The notes under the pieces were generated by a model, which had not been told where the DNA came from, searched no databases, and was given only the letters and a program-made list of their open reading frames with translations. A stretch of DNA of 64,000 bases from a virus (lineage: Duplodnaviria; Heunggongvirae; Uroviricota; Caudoviricetes). Location of the stretch: the IMG/VR virus record IMGVR_UViG_2861069343_000001. One strand, written 5' to 3'. How positions within the stretch are numbered: position 1 is the stretch's first letter; each line of letters opens with the position of its first letter. This document shows, in pieces, positions 24,423 to 34,800 of the stretch. Both the position numbers and the translations under genes were made by a program.

Positions 24423-25274
24423 CTATTGCGCGCTTTCGGGGTTGCTGTTTACTGGCTGCCCCTTCTTAGTTTTACGGCTGCGCGTAACTGATGCGGCTGA
24501 TTTGACCTTTTTCTCTTCGCGAGTGATGGCAATTTGTTTTTTTACATTTTCAATATCTGCCAGGCGATATATTTTTGCCTGCGGCCAGCGGTCGCAGATG
24601 ATCGGTTCTATAGAGTCATAAAGGCTAAATTTTGCTTTCTCGAATTCACCGTTGATGATGATTCCATCACGGAGAGTTTCATCGCAGATAAACACACCAC
24701 ACAGCGGCACATGGTAACTAACTGATTTACCATCATTGTAGTTAGGGCTACTGGAAATGTAATGGACGCGCAGCATTGTTTCGCTAAAGCCGTGTACACG
24801 CATACGGAATTTTTCATCCTCCGGGTACTGCTTCATTAGCTCTTTTGTTGCTTCCAGGTTCTCTATGTATTTCGCACTGTGCTCATTGATCCCCGCGCTT
24901 TTCTGGATGCGAATGTCCTTATCAATCAGATGAATAATGCGGCCAGCGGTCATGTTGACGCTGTTCACAGCTTCTGTCTGATAAGTAGTAACCTTACGCA
25001 CACCGCGAAGGATGTTAGGCACTGGATATAAAATAGTCTTTGGGATATTGAGGTCTGGGTACTGTTCCAGTTCCCGCGCCATTAAAGTCCATTTATCAAT
25101 TTCAGCCTGAATGCTGTCCGTTTCTTTGAACGGCAGAACGACAACCGGGCGAACAGGACGACCGTCGCTGGCGGCATCAACGTGTTGGGCGCGTGCAACA
25201 GCTTTTTTTAGAAAGAGATCCCTGAAGCTGACGAACTCCTGGTACAGTTGTTCGCCGTAGACATAATTTATCAT
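24423..25274 (-). CDS. c1: C1 repressor of lytic functions
   Basis: 283 aa, adjacent to coi and loxP-cre; operator-like sites cluster upstream. Confidence 0.8.
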   Translation of the reverse strand: MINYVYGEQLYQEFVSFRDLFLKKAVARAQHVDAASDGRPVRPVVVLPFKETDSIQAEIDKWTLMARELEQYPDLNIPKTILYPVPNILRGVRKVTTYQTEAVNSVNMTAGRIIHLIDKDIRIQKSAGINEHSAKYIENLEATKELMKQYPEDEKFRMRVHGFSETMLRVHYISSSPNYNDGKSVSYHVPLCGVFICDETLRDGIIINGEFEKAKFSLYDSIEPIICDRWPQAKIYRLADIENVKKQIAITREEKKVKSAASVTRSRKTKKGQPVNSNPESAQ

Positions 25275-25368
25275 TGATCCTCCTCCAGAATTGACATGGC
25301 CAACAACTCACAGCGGATTACACTGGGAGTTGTTGGCCACCATTATAGAAGGATCCAACGAAAATAAT

Positions 25369-25385
25369 AGATTTATTAGTGCATT
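25369..25385 (-). promoter_or_regulatory. C1 operator-like site upstream of c1
   Basis: reverse complement TGCACTAATAAATC. Confidence 0.4.
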
Positions 25386-25594
25386 TATTGTGAGTCTGGC
25401 TGGTTAGTGGCCATGAGATATTCGATTGTGTCAGTGAGATCATCCAGGTCGTCTTGGGTGATGCGGTACTCCTGATTGGATATCTTTGAGTAGTGTTCAG
25501 CAATGGCGCGGGCAGCGTCGGTTTCGGCGGGGTCTACAGATAAAGCGTTAGAGCAATGTCTAACGTCGTCGATGGTTGGTGGAATGAAAGCCAT
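25385..25594 (-). CDS. coi: C1 inactivator
   Basis: 69-aa ORF immediately upstream of c1. Confidence 0.65.
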   Translation of the reverse strand: MAFIPPTIDDVRHCSNALSVDPAETDAARAIAEHYSKISNQEYRITQDDLDDLTDTIEYLMATNQPDSQ

Positions 25595-25833
25595 AATTAT
25601 GCCTCACTGTATTGACAACACAGAGCCTGAAGCTCTGACCTACTGTTTCACCCATGATCCATGCTGGGGTAATCTAACAACATTGCGCTGTGTGTAAGAT
25701 GAGCAATGCATAGCTGTAATGCCGTTGTATAAGGTTTCCCTGTTTGCTCATTTCCTTCTGAGCCGCTCTACAACGCTGAAGACACATTAAATAGTGAATC
25801 CAAAGTCGTATTACGAAACGGCGGCAAAACTAT

Positions 25834-25850
25834 AATTTATTAGAGCAATT
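25834..25850 (-). promoter_or_regulatory. C1 operator
   Basis: reverse complement ATTGCTCTAATAAATTA, 16/17. Confidence 0.6.
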
Positions 25851-25915
25851 GTCAAACAACTATGAAAAACAATCCAGTTTTTGGCTGGTGGAGTGGGATT
25901 TTTCTCTCAAAATTT

Positions 25916-25932
25916 ATTGCTCTAATAATTAT
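25916..25932 (+). promoter_or_regulatory. C1 operator
   Basis: ATTGCTCTAATAATTAT. Confidence 0.55.
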
Positions 25933-25975
25933 TGATTTTTATGCGCAGCTGGACGTAAACTCCTCTTCAGACCTA

Positions 25976-26009
25976 ATAACTTCGTATAGCATACATTATA
26001 CGAAGTTAT
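25976..26009 (+). other. loxP recombination site
   Basis: exact ATAACTTCGTATA-GCATACAT-TATACGAAGTTAT. Confidence 0.97.
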
Positions 26010-26418
26010 CTAAAGGGTTATTGAACATGATCAATTTACCTGTAAATCCATACAGTTCAATACCTTACAGGTCAAATAGTGATCATTTGATCAAGGTTGC
26101 GCTACGTAAAATCTGCGAAATGTTGGCAGTGTTAGTGCTCCAGATTTCGCGTAGCGCACTTAGCACCACCAATCAATCAGAGGTGAAAAATGGGATATTC
26201 AGCTGCTAAAGTGTCCACTCATCTTGAGCTTGAGAAAAACCGTGGTTACTGGCGGGCAAAAGGGTTTGATCGTGATAGTTGTCAACTGTCATTATCGCGC
26301 GGTGAAGAGAAAATAGAACGCACGCGCGGTCGCTGGCGTTTCTATGACGAGAACCATAAACAGGTAAAGGCAGAGCCGATCCTGTACACTTTACTTAAAA
26401 CCATTATCTGAGTGTTAA

Positions 26419-27450
26419 ATGTCCAATTTACTGACCGTACACCAAAATTTGCCTGCATTACCGGTCGATGCAACGAGTGATGAGGTTCGCAAGAACCTGA
26501 TGGACATGTTCAGGGATCGCCAGGCGTTTTCTGAGCATACCTGGAAAATGCTTCTGTCCGTTTGCCGGTCGTGGGCGGCATGGTGCAAGTTGAATAACCG
26601 GAAATGGTTTCCCGCAGAACCTGAAGATGTTCGCGATTATCTTCTATATCTTCAGGCGCGCGGTCTGGCAGTAAAAACTATCCAGCAACATTTGGGCCAG
26701 CTAAACATGCTTCATCGTCGGTCCGGGCTGCCACGACCAAGTGACAGCAATGCTGTTTCACTGGTCATGCGGCGGATCCGAAAAGAAAACGTTGATGCCG
26801 GTGAACGTGCAAAACAGGCACTGGCGTTCGAACGCACTGATTTCGACCAGGTTCGTTCACTCATAGAAAATAGCGATCGCTGCCAGGATATACGTAATCT
26901 GGCATTTCTGGGGATTGCTTATAACACCCTGTTACGTATAGCCGAAATTGCCAGGATCAGGGTTAAAGATATCTCACGTACTGACGGTGGGAGAATGTTA
27001 ATCCATATTGGCAGAACGAAAACGCTGGTTAGCACCGCAGGTGTAGAGAAGGCACTTAGCCTGGGGGTAACTAAACTGGTCGAGCGATGGATTTCCGTCT
27101 CTGGTGTGGCTGATGATCCGAATAACTACTTGTTTTGCCGGGTCAGAAAAAATGGTGTTGCCTCGCCATCATCCACCAGCCAGCTATCAACTCGCGCCCT
27201 GGAAGGGATTTTTGAAGCAACTCACCGATTGATTTACGGGGCTAAGGATGACTCTGGTCAGAGGTACCTGGCCTGGTCTGGACACAGTGCCCGTGTCGGA
27301 GCCGCGCGAGATATGGCCCGCGCCGGAGTTTCAATACCGGAGATCATGCAAGCTGGTGGCTGGACCAACGTAAATATTGTCATGAACTATATCCGTAACC
27401 TGGATAGTGAAACAGGGGCAATGGTGCGCCTGCTGGAAGATGGCGATTAG
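26419..27450 (+). CDS. cre: Cre tyrosine recombinase
   Basis: 343 aa starting MSNLLTVHQNLPALPVDATSDEVRKNLMDMFRDRQAFSEHTWKMLLSVCRSWAAWCKLNNRKWFPAEPEDVRDYLLYLQARGLAVKTIQQHLGQLNMLHRRSGLPRPSDSNAVSLVMRRIRKENVDAGERAKQALAFERTDFDQVRSL. Confidence 0.97.
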   Translation: MSNLLTVHQNLPALPVDATSDEVRKNLMDMFRDRQAFSEHTWKMLLSVCRSWAAWCKLNNRKWFPAEPEDVRDYLLYLQARGLAVKTIQQHLGQLNMLHRRSGLPRPSDSNAVSLVMRRIRKENVDAGERAKQALAFERTDFDQVRSLIENSDRCQDIRNLAFLGIAYNTLLRIAEIARIRVKDISRTDGGRMLIHIGRTKTLVSTAGVEKALSLGVTKLVERWISVSGVADDPNNYLFCRVRKNGVASPSSTSQLSTRALEGIFEATHRLIYGAKDDSGQRYLAWSGHSARVGAARDMARAGVSIPEIMQAGGWTNVNIVMNYIRNLDSETGAMVRLLEDGD

Positions 27451-27467
27451 CCATTAACGCGTAAATG

Positions 27468-27484
27468 ATTGCTCTAATTCTTTG
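27468..27484 (+). promoter_or_regulatory. C1 operator-like site
   Basis: ATTGCTCTAATTCTTTG. Confidence 0.45.
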
Positions 27485-27500
27485 ATATTTATGGCGACAT

Positions 27501-27812
27501 ATGAGAAAGAATTTCAACATCGACGGAAAATATGTAGTGCTGTCAGTGAGCACTAATATTCAGTCGCCAGCCGTCATTGTCACTGTAAAGCTGAGCGATA
27601 GAATGCCTGATATTGACTCAATATCCGTTGCGTTCCCTGTCAGAAGTATGCGTAGTGCTGAACATTTCGTGATGAATGCCACCGAGGAAGAAGCACGGCG
27701 CGGTTTTGCTAAAGTGATGTCTGAGTTTGGCGAATTTTTGGGGCACGTTGACAAAGCCCTCTCAATCAGTTCAGCAAGGTCCAAAGCATTAACAGCTTCC
27801 ATGATGAAATAA
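27501..27812 (+). CDS. cra: cre-associated small protein
   Basis: 103-aa ORF directly downstream of cre. Confidence 0.45.
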   Translation: MRKNFNIDGKYVVLSVSTNIQSPAVIVTVKLSDRMPDIDSISVAFPVRSMRSAEHFVMNATEEEARRGFAKVMSEFGEFLGHVDKALSISSARSKALTASMMK

Positions 27813-27816
27813 AAAA

Positions 27817-27837
27817 AGCCTGGCAAGGAGCCAGGCT
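27817..27837. terminator. stable hairpin after cra; the T-run is on the minus strand
   Basis: AGCCTGGC-AAGGA-GCCAGGCT preceded by A7. Confidence 0.4.
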
Positions 27838-27943
27838 GCACAAAAGAGCGGGTTTGTATTCCGCATCCAATCAATCAAGAAGGAGTATAGCACACAGGTA
27901 CTGAAGTGAAAAAATGTGATTCGCGATAAACAAAATATCTACC

Positions 27944-27960
27944 ATTGCTCTAATTGATTG
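27944..27960 (+). promoter_or_regulatory. C1 operator upstream of ref
   Basis: ATTGCTCTAATTGATTG. Confidence 0.5.
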
Positions 27961-28058
27961 CTATAATTGAGCCGCAGTTTTTGTCAACTACGAAGACGTT
28001 GCCATTACTTAACTCCTTGACATCATTGGCGGCCATCAGGCCGCCTTTTTTTTGCCAT

Positions 28059-28619
28059 ATGAAAACAATCGAACAAAAAATTGAACAGCACCGTAAGTGG
28101 CAGAAGGCAGCCAGAGAACGAGCGATCGCTCGGCAACGGGAGAAGTTGGCTGATCCGGCCTGGCGAGAATCTCAATATCAGAAAATGCGGAATACTATCG
28201 ACCGCCGTATCGCTAAACAGAAAGAGCGCCCACCAGCCAGCAAAACGCGGAAAAGCGCGGTAAAAATAAAATCTCGTGGCTTGAAGGGACGAACACCGAC
28301 GGCGGAGGAGCGGCGCATAGCCAATGCTCTTGGTGCTCTCCCCTGCATTGCCTGCTATATGCATGGAGTAATATCTGAAGAGGTGTCTCTGCACCATATC
28401 TCCGGTCGTACCGCGCCTGGTTGTCACAAAAAGCAATTGCCACTTTGTAGATGGCACCACCAGCATGCAGCACCGGCTGAAGTAAGAGAAAAATACCCCT
28501 GGCTGGTCCCTGTTCATGCCGATGGTGTGGTTGGAGGCAAGAAAGAATTCACCTTGCTGAACAAGTCAGAGATGGAGTTGCTGGCTGACGCTTATGAGAT
28601 GGCAAACATCATGCACTAA
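28059..28619 (+). CDS. ref: Ref recombination enhancement function (HNH endonuclease)
   Basis: 186 aa from MKTIEQKIEQHRKWQ; HNH-like HHISGRTAPGCHKKQLPLCRWHH. Confidence 0.75.
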   Translation: MKTIEQKIEQHRKWQKAARERAIARQREKLADPAWRESQYQKMRNTIDRRIAKQKERPPASKTRKSAVKIKSRGLKGRTPTAEERRIANALGALPCIACYMHGVISEEVSLHHISGRTAPGCHKKQLPLCRWHHQHAAPAEVREKYPWLVPVHADGVVGGKKEFTLLNKSEMELLADAYEMANIMH

Positions 28620-28808
28620 TAAATATATTATTTTTAATCTGAAATAATTGACAACTGACAAGTGACTTCAGTCAGAATCATCACATGCCCGGTACGGATG
28701 GATCCCTTTTCAAATATTCCATGGACGGCACAGTCTGAGTACCGGGCGCTACCTTCAGTTGTATTGCTAAGCCGCCGCTGGTGGCTTTTCTTTTTTATAA
28801 GGGGCGCT

Positions 28809-29450
28809 ATGGATAAGAAAATATGCGTTGTTTCGATGAGCGTCGGCAAACCGGCGTCAATGACTGCCGCATGGATCAACAATGAGCTGATAATGGCTGA
28901 GCGGACCAGCTACCCTGAACGCCGCCGCGATATGGAACTCCAGCTGCTGCGCGAATTGCAAGAAAAAGAGGAAAAGGGTTTTATCGTGCTGGTGGAAGAG
29001 GAAAACAGCTTTATTACGGGTCGAGTTGGCCAGCGTGTAAGGTTGCGCGATCCCTTCATGAACGGCAGGCCGGTACTAATTGAAGCAATGCAGATTTACA
29101 AGGAGCTGGAACGCCAGAAAGCGATCAAGTTACCGCGCAAAGAATCCGGCAAATACATCCTCCACCAAAGCATCTTCGATTCCGAACACGACAAAAAAGG
29201 CGATGAATTTTTCAACATCAACTGGAGCGAAATAACGACAGAGCACGTTCTGTCGTTGTTATGCTGCTTCGCAACGGAATATAACAACGTTGCAAGCGCC
29301 GACTACATCAGGGCAATGGCTGGAGAAGTTGAGGCCCGCCAGGAACCATCGTTACTAAGCCCTCTGATTAACATAATTCGCGGAACCCAATGTCTAGCCG
29401 ACAAGCGAGTTCCTCAAGGCTTACTTACCGGCAAAGAAAACTATTTATAA
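28809..29450 (+). CDS. hypothetical protein at mat position
   Basis: ORF 28662..29450; start placed at MDKKICVV; start uncertain. Confidence 0.45.
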   Translation: MDKKICVVSMSVGKPASMTAAWINNELIMAERTSYPERRRDMELQLLRELQEKEEKGFIVLVEEENSFITGRVGQRVRLRDPFMNGRPVLIEAMQIYKELERQKAIKLPRKESGKYILHQSIFDSEHDKKGDEFFNINWSEITTEHVLSLLCCFATEYNNVASADYIRAMAGEVEARQEPSLLSPLINIIRGTQCLADKRVPQGLLTGKENYL

Positions 29451-29540
29451 TTAATTACGTCAGTAGCCAATAGAGATTTTTGTTGTGGAACAAAAATATA
29501 TATTTTACAATCTAGTAACTTTGGGTGGAGGATTATTACA

Positions 29541-30581
29541 ATGATGAATATTAAGCCGCTGAAAATTAGGAACAAGGTCATGAAGCCTCATAAAGCATTA
29601 TTAAACCCTGACCTAACCGCAAGGAATGTACTTACATACAGTCATTGGGATTTTGTCGAACTCTGGTTAAAGCGAAACGAAAAAGATGAGGCTCTTTTTT
29701 ATTGGGAGCAAGCAAAAGTATTTAATCAGGCGGCCAATGGTTTACCCAACCAATCAGCCCCACTTTTGCACTATTATTCATTCATGAATGCAGTAAAGGC
29801 GTTACTTTCATCTCGCAATATAAACTTCAAACAGCATCATGGTGTTGCTAGGGGTGAAAATACAGCCCAAATTGATAACTTATCTGATATAAAAGTAAAA
29901 ATAAAAAATGAGGGTATACTTCCGTCTTTTTCAAAATATATTGACGGCACCTCTCATGAGGGGGTGTACAATATAAAAAACCTTTTTTCTGGATTGCCAT
30001 ATATTCATCGTACATATTGCCTTACTTATGATGTAACTGATGATATATTTATTCCACTGATCGATGCTGAGTTCGTTTTGAATGAGTCAGACAATAGCCT
30101 GTTTTTCACTGCGATTTTATCCAAGGATTTTCGGTTCGACACAGTTTTCGACATTCTACCGCCAGCGTTCGAATTGTTTGAAAGAGAAAAGTACAAAATA
30201 AAATCAGTAGAATCATTACTTGATTTTAATGAAAATCAATCGTCCAACATGCCGCAATTAACTGAATTTCATCAAAAAATAAGAAGAGATCTTTACTATA
30301 TCAATGGCGCAGAGACTCTTTGGTATCTCAAACGTAAAAACAATCAATCTGAGCATACTTCTGTTTCAATATCGCCATTGGTTATAACCCTAGCAGCTAT
30401 GCATCGATTAAGTGAGCTATGTCGGTATGACCCACTTAAGCTAAGACAGTTACTAAATGAAAAAGAAAACTGGATTATTGCTGAATTTATTCAACAATCT
30501 CCGTCACAGTTTATAGATGCAATTTCATCTGAAATTACTGGACACCAATTTCTTATCCCAAACGTAAGGTCTGCTTCTTAA
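29541..30581 (+). CDS. hypothetical protein, gene A of AT-rich two-gene cassette (candidate defence system component)
   Basis: 346 aa, low GC, RBS GGTGGAGGA; R-x6-H (RNINFKQH); no ATPase/helicase/methylase motifs. Confidence 0.7.
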   Translation: MMNIKPLKIRNKVMKPHKALLNPDLTARNVLTYSHWDFVELWLKRNEKDEALFYWEQAKVFNQAANGLPNQSAPLLHYYSFMNAVKALLSSRNINFKQHHGVARGENTAQIDNLSDIKVKIKNEGILPSFSKYIDGTSHEGVYNIKNLFSGLPYIHRTYCLTYDVTDDIFIPLIDAEFVLNESDNSLFFTAILSKDFRFDTVFDILPPAFELFEREKYKIKSVESLLDFNENQSSNMPQLTEFHQKIRRDLYYINGAETLWYLKRKNNQSEHTSVSISPLVITLAAMHRLSELCRYDPLKLRQLLNEKENWIIAEFIQQSPSQFIDAISSEITGHQFLIPNVRSAS

Positions 30582-31090
30582 TGAATATATATATCGCATG
30601 CGCTTTAACTCATGTTCCAAGGGAAATTTTCCATGAGTACAGTAATTGGATTCACAGCCTTGCAAAAGGTCTATCTCAAAATAACAACGTAAAATATGCT
30701 TTGATAAATAGTGACCCAGAATTATCAAAGCGCCCTGAAAGTAACAAATCTAGACTTTGTTACATTTGGGACAGAGATATGGTTGAGAAATCTGATGTAA
30801 TAATTGCAGAATGTAGTTTTCCATCAACAGGGCTAGGAATAGAGTTGCAGATTGCTGAACAGAAGAACATTCCTGTAATCATCTGTTATAAAGATTATGG
30901 GATAAATAAAACTAAAACCATTGAATACGTGAATCCAGATGAGACTACCCATAATCTACAAGTTGGCGAGGGTTTCATTTCTCATATGGTATTAGGACTA
31001 CCAAACATCCTTGATGTCATATTATGTAAAGATATTGATAACACATGCAGGAAGCTAAAAATACTGTTAGATATGATTAACCATAATTAA
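30581..31090 (+). CDS. nucleoside 2-deoxyribosyltransferase/TIR-like (Rossmannoid N-glycosidase-like) protein, gene B of cassette
   Basis: 169 aa; start overlaps gene A stop (TAATG); NIYIACAL ... SDVIIAECSFPSTGLGIELQIAEQKNIPVI pattern. Confidence 0.65.
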   Translation: MNIYIACALTHVPREIFHEYSNWIHSLAKGLSQNNNVKYALINSDPELSKRPESNKSRLCYIWDRDMVEKSDVIIAECSFPSTGLGIELQIAEQKNIPVIICYKDYGINKTKTIEYVNPDETTHNLQVGEGFISHMVLGLPNILDVILCKDIDNTCRKLKILLDMINHN

Positions 31091-31120
31091 AAATTAACAC
31101 CCACTTAAGATGTCTAAACC

Positions 31121-31140
31121 AGCCCGGTATTAACCGGGCT
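31121..31140. terminator. hairpin between convergent cassette and lxc
   Basis: AGCCCGGT-ATTA-ACCGGGCT perfect 8-bp stem. Confidence 0.4.
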
Positions 31141-31148
31141 AGACAAAC

Positions 31149-31397
31149 TTAATCAGCATTCAGGAGCAATGCATTATCTATGATGATTTGCTCCCATTCT
31201 TCGAATGCCCGGTCGCGGACGCCCTGGGGAACGCTGTTAGTTTTGAAATCGACGACCGTACGCCATTTCCCGTCCGGGCGGTACATGCGCAGAGCTTTAC
31301 TTCCCCCTTCCCTGCGCACCTCAACGTTATGCTTATCAGCAAACTCTTGTAATGCTCGTAGCGTCCCATGCTTTACTGTGTAGTATCGCTTTTTCAA
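31149..31397 (-). CDS. lxc: Lxc/Bof C1 co-repressor modulator
   Basis: 82-aa ORF between darB operon end and cassette. Confidence 0.6.
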   Translation of the reverse strand: MKKRYYTVKHGTLRALQEFADKHNVEVRREGGSKALRMYRPDGKWRTVVDFKTNSVPQGVRDRAFEEWEQIIIDNALLLNAD

Positions 31398-31834
31398 GTT
31401 TTCTCTCCAGCCTGTGCCAAGGCTTCAACTTCCAAATCGTAAGACTCAAATTCATAGTCCTGGTCGTCAACTTCTTCAGGCACTGGCAGTAAATGCCAGG
31501 CTGAGTATATCTGACCATTATCAAAACGCTCCTGGCTGTAGAGCGTCGCGGCTATGAGTGTTAGAGCCGGGCGGTCATAACGGTAAATTTTGCGAACGTC
31601 ACGGTCAACGAGACGACCGAAATTACCATAACCGCGCTCCAGTAATAATTTTTTAATTTCCGGCCAGTATGGACCATAGCTGCGGTACAGGCGGGGATTT
31701 TTCAGTAATCGCCCGCGTAGCCCTGACAGGAAGAAATCAACGTATTCGTCTTCTGTCTTTCCTAACAACGCTGTACGGAGTACCGCCTCAAGATATGTTT
31801 TATTCGGTTTTATTGTATCAGATAGTGTGGCCAT
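31394..31834 (-). CDS. ulx: Ulx-like protein (upstream of lxc)
   Basis: 146-aa ORF between darB and lxc, overlapping lxc start. Confidence 0.5.
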   Translation of the reverse strand: MATLSDTIKPNKTYLEAVLRTALLGKTEDEYVDFFLSGLRGRLLKNPRLYRSYGPYWPEIKKLLLERGYGNFGRLVDRDVRKIYRYDRPALTLIAATLYSQERFDNGQIYSAWHLLPVPEEVDDQDYEFESYDLEVEALAQAGEKT

Positions 31835-31867
31835 ATTATGCGACGCCCGGCGAACCGGGCGCTCCTG

Positions 31868-34800
31868 TTATGCGTATTGTTGGATGACGGCCAGAACGTC
31901 CGCCACGTTGTGTTTTGTCTCGATAATCCACCAGTTACCCGGGAAATCGCTGTTCTTCGCCTTCGCTGGCAGCCAGCGAGCGCCGAATTTCGCCTTGATT
32001 GCGTCTTTCGCACGGAAAAGAACGCCTTTCATGCCTGAGGCTTCCTGAAGCCCAAATACCTCGCCAGCGGCGAATTTCGGTGCGTACATCATCTTCAGGT
32101 CGGCGGTGGATACGCGATAATTCAGACCAAGAGACTGAGCTATGCTGGTGGCATCACCCTGTATTGATGATAACTCTTCTTGTTTCTCGTTTCTGGCGGC
32201 AATTTCTTCCTCCGTGATGTTGCCAAGGGCCAGGTTTATCCGATCAGCGTCGGCCTGTTTCTCTTCATCGGTGCGCCCGGCAAGAACCGTGTTAATTCTC
32301 TGCAATATCTCCACATGATTCTTGCGCATGCTGAGCAATTCCGGCGTAACCTCGTTAAGATCCACCAGCCCAAGGATGGCAAGGTCGGAAAACATTGATA
32401 CCAGGTTGTAGGTCATGCGATAGCTGAGTTGGCCATAGGCTGATGGCAACTGCACCGCATCCATTTGATAGGCATCCATAAATTTAGAGCCGGCGTTTAC
32501 GACATCCGCAATTGCAGGTGTGATTTTCCCTGTGGTGGCGGCCTCCCTGATTGCTGTTACCCACGATTGAGTCAGTGCGGCGACTGCATGATTCAGATTG
32601 GCTTCCCGTTCTGCTGCGATGCGCGCGTTTGCTGCGTCCATTGCCTGCTTGATCTCGGCTTTATTGCTGTAAATGCCAATGGTGCCAAACTGTGCTGTGG
32701 TGATCTCATAATCTGACGCCCGGAACTCATGGGTACCGAAAATGGCATTGGTGACCTCAAGTTCAGAATCCCCGTTACGAGTAGCCCCCTGGCTTGTTTT
32801 CTCCGGCATTTTTGCGATCGCATCCGCTATTTTCTCCTGAATTGCTTCAGGGGATAGCGTATCTCCGTATGACGCGATTACATCGCCATAATTGGAGCCA
32901 AACAATTCAACCAGGAATGTTTCTGCCGAACGGATCTGGCGGTTATTCCCTTCCGACATCATACCAAGCACCCATTTTGCAATTGACGACTTCAGCGCGC
33001 CGTCACGGCGATCCGGGTAAACCGCATGCTTCAGTGGGTCCGTATAGGTACCAACAAAATCAATGCTATAGCCTGACTCTGTAGTCTGAACGCCGTATGA
33101 GTCAGTGATTTTGATCATGCCGCGCTGCTGGAAACGGTAGAAATCGTCACAGGAAATGATGTCGTTAATCCCGGCGATGGAGACGCCACCACTGATTTTC
33201 TGCATAACAGCATCTTCATCGGGAGTTACATCCACCTGTTTATCCAGCGTCTTCACATCCCAGTTACCCGATTTGGTGCCTCTTAAGGTAAAGATGATCT
33301 CCACGTCTGCGCGCTGGCTGTCGAAGTCCAGCGACTTAATGCGAACGATATCACCGGCACAATCGTAGTATTGGCCTACACGCCATGAGCGATCGCCGAT
33401 AACAAGGAACTCATTCGCATGGTTAACCAGATCAGGATCAACATCCAGAATGCCTTTATTTATTGCATCCTCCACCAGCGGGCGCAGGCGTTTGATATCC
33501 GTCGCGGCCTTCTGAGTACGGTTCAATAATTTCTCATAGCGGGAGATGGCCTGAGAGATATTAGCCTTGCGCTGAATGGCGCTTTTCAACGACGCGCGAT
33601 ACTGTGCTAACAACATACGGTCTGTGTGATGGACACTCCCCCAGCGGGCCTTCCAGTCTGCGTTATCCGCTGCCTTGGCCATTGCCGCCTGTTTGAATTT
33701 AGCTACCTCGGCGGTGGTCTTTTCAAGTTCCGCTTTGCTTCGCTCTAATTCAGCGGTAAGTACCTCCACATCCTCGCCAGCTGCGTGCTGCGCCTTGATG
33801 TAGTTCTGAAGGTCGATAGTAGCCTGTTCTTTCTGGCGAGCGCGTTTCGCAGCTTTCGCCTTATCCATTTGAACCTGCATCATTGCCAGACGTTCGCCGT
33901 CATCCTTCGCGGTATACATCTGCATTTCGATCATGTCATTGGCGTCGGCGTTCTCCATTTCTGACTTATCTGAACGGAGGATATCGGAGATCCAGCCTGC
34001 TTTACGCTTCAGCGTCTTCAGTCGGTATTCATCGAAAGACCCCTTGCCGCAGTAGTAGTGAACGCGAACGCTTGCACGGTTGGAACCAACTCGGGCACCG
34101 CGACCGTTACGCTGTGCGATACTGGCTGGTGTCCACGGCAACGTCAGGTGGTGGATATCCGTCGTTCCTCGATGCAGGTTGATACCCACCTCTGCCTTTT
34201 TGTTGCAGATGATGATCGGAGTCCGGCCCTCCTGGAAGTCGGCTGCAATCTTTTCCAGACCGCCCAACGACATTTCATTTTGCTGCGCGATATAGGCGTC
34301 ATACAGAGCCATTTGCTCGTTGTATTTCGCTATCTGTGCATCTGTTGGTTCATCCGGTAGCTCTTTCGGCGGTTTAACCGCTTTCAGTTTCTTACCGGTT
34401 TTACCTGCCTCGGCAACCGTCTGAGCATTCAGGATCCCCACCTTTGAAGGTTCAAGGTTTAGAGCATTGCAGATAATGCGCTTGAGCTTCTGGTGCTGCG
34501 TTTTTTCATCGGTGAAGATGATTTGCTTACCTTCCGGGAAAAACTCCTTCAGCGTGGCGATCAGCTTCGCGTATTTGGGCGTAACGGGGTGAGTTACGGT
34601 CTGTTCGTCAATGCCAAACCTGGCCAGGCGCTTATTCACTTCCTGCTCGAACGCTTCCGGAACCTGCAACTGAATAAACTCGCCCTTATCTATCAGGGAG
34701 TATTGCGATTGCTGCGTGATTGAATCATCACTGTCGTCGTCTTCGCTGGTGGCTTGTTTAGGCAAACTGTCCGCCAGCTGCTGCACCGCATCGGCGTACT

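Noticed and set aside
25862-26209. 115-aa ORF spanning loxP
   Set aside because: It overlaps the loxP site and the operator cluster, is AT-rich and has odd composition; most likely non-coding regulatory DNA.
26190-26411. 73-aa ORF between loxP and cre
   Set aside because: It lies in the region expected to hold the cre promoters and has no convincing RBS; treated as spurious.
27560-27874. Minus-strand 104-aa ORF opposite cra
   Set aside because: The plus-strand ORF has more protein-like composition and the expected position after cre; the minus ORF runs through the hairpin.
29541-31090. Type III res/mod restriction-modification genes expected at this P1 locus
   Set aside because: No methyltransferase or helicase motifs are present; the locus is occupied by the two-gene cassette instead.
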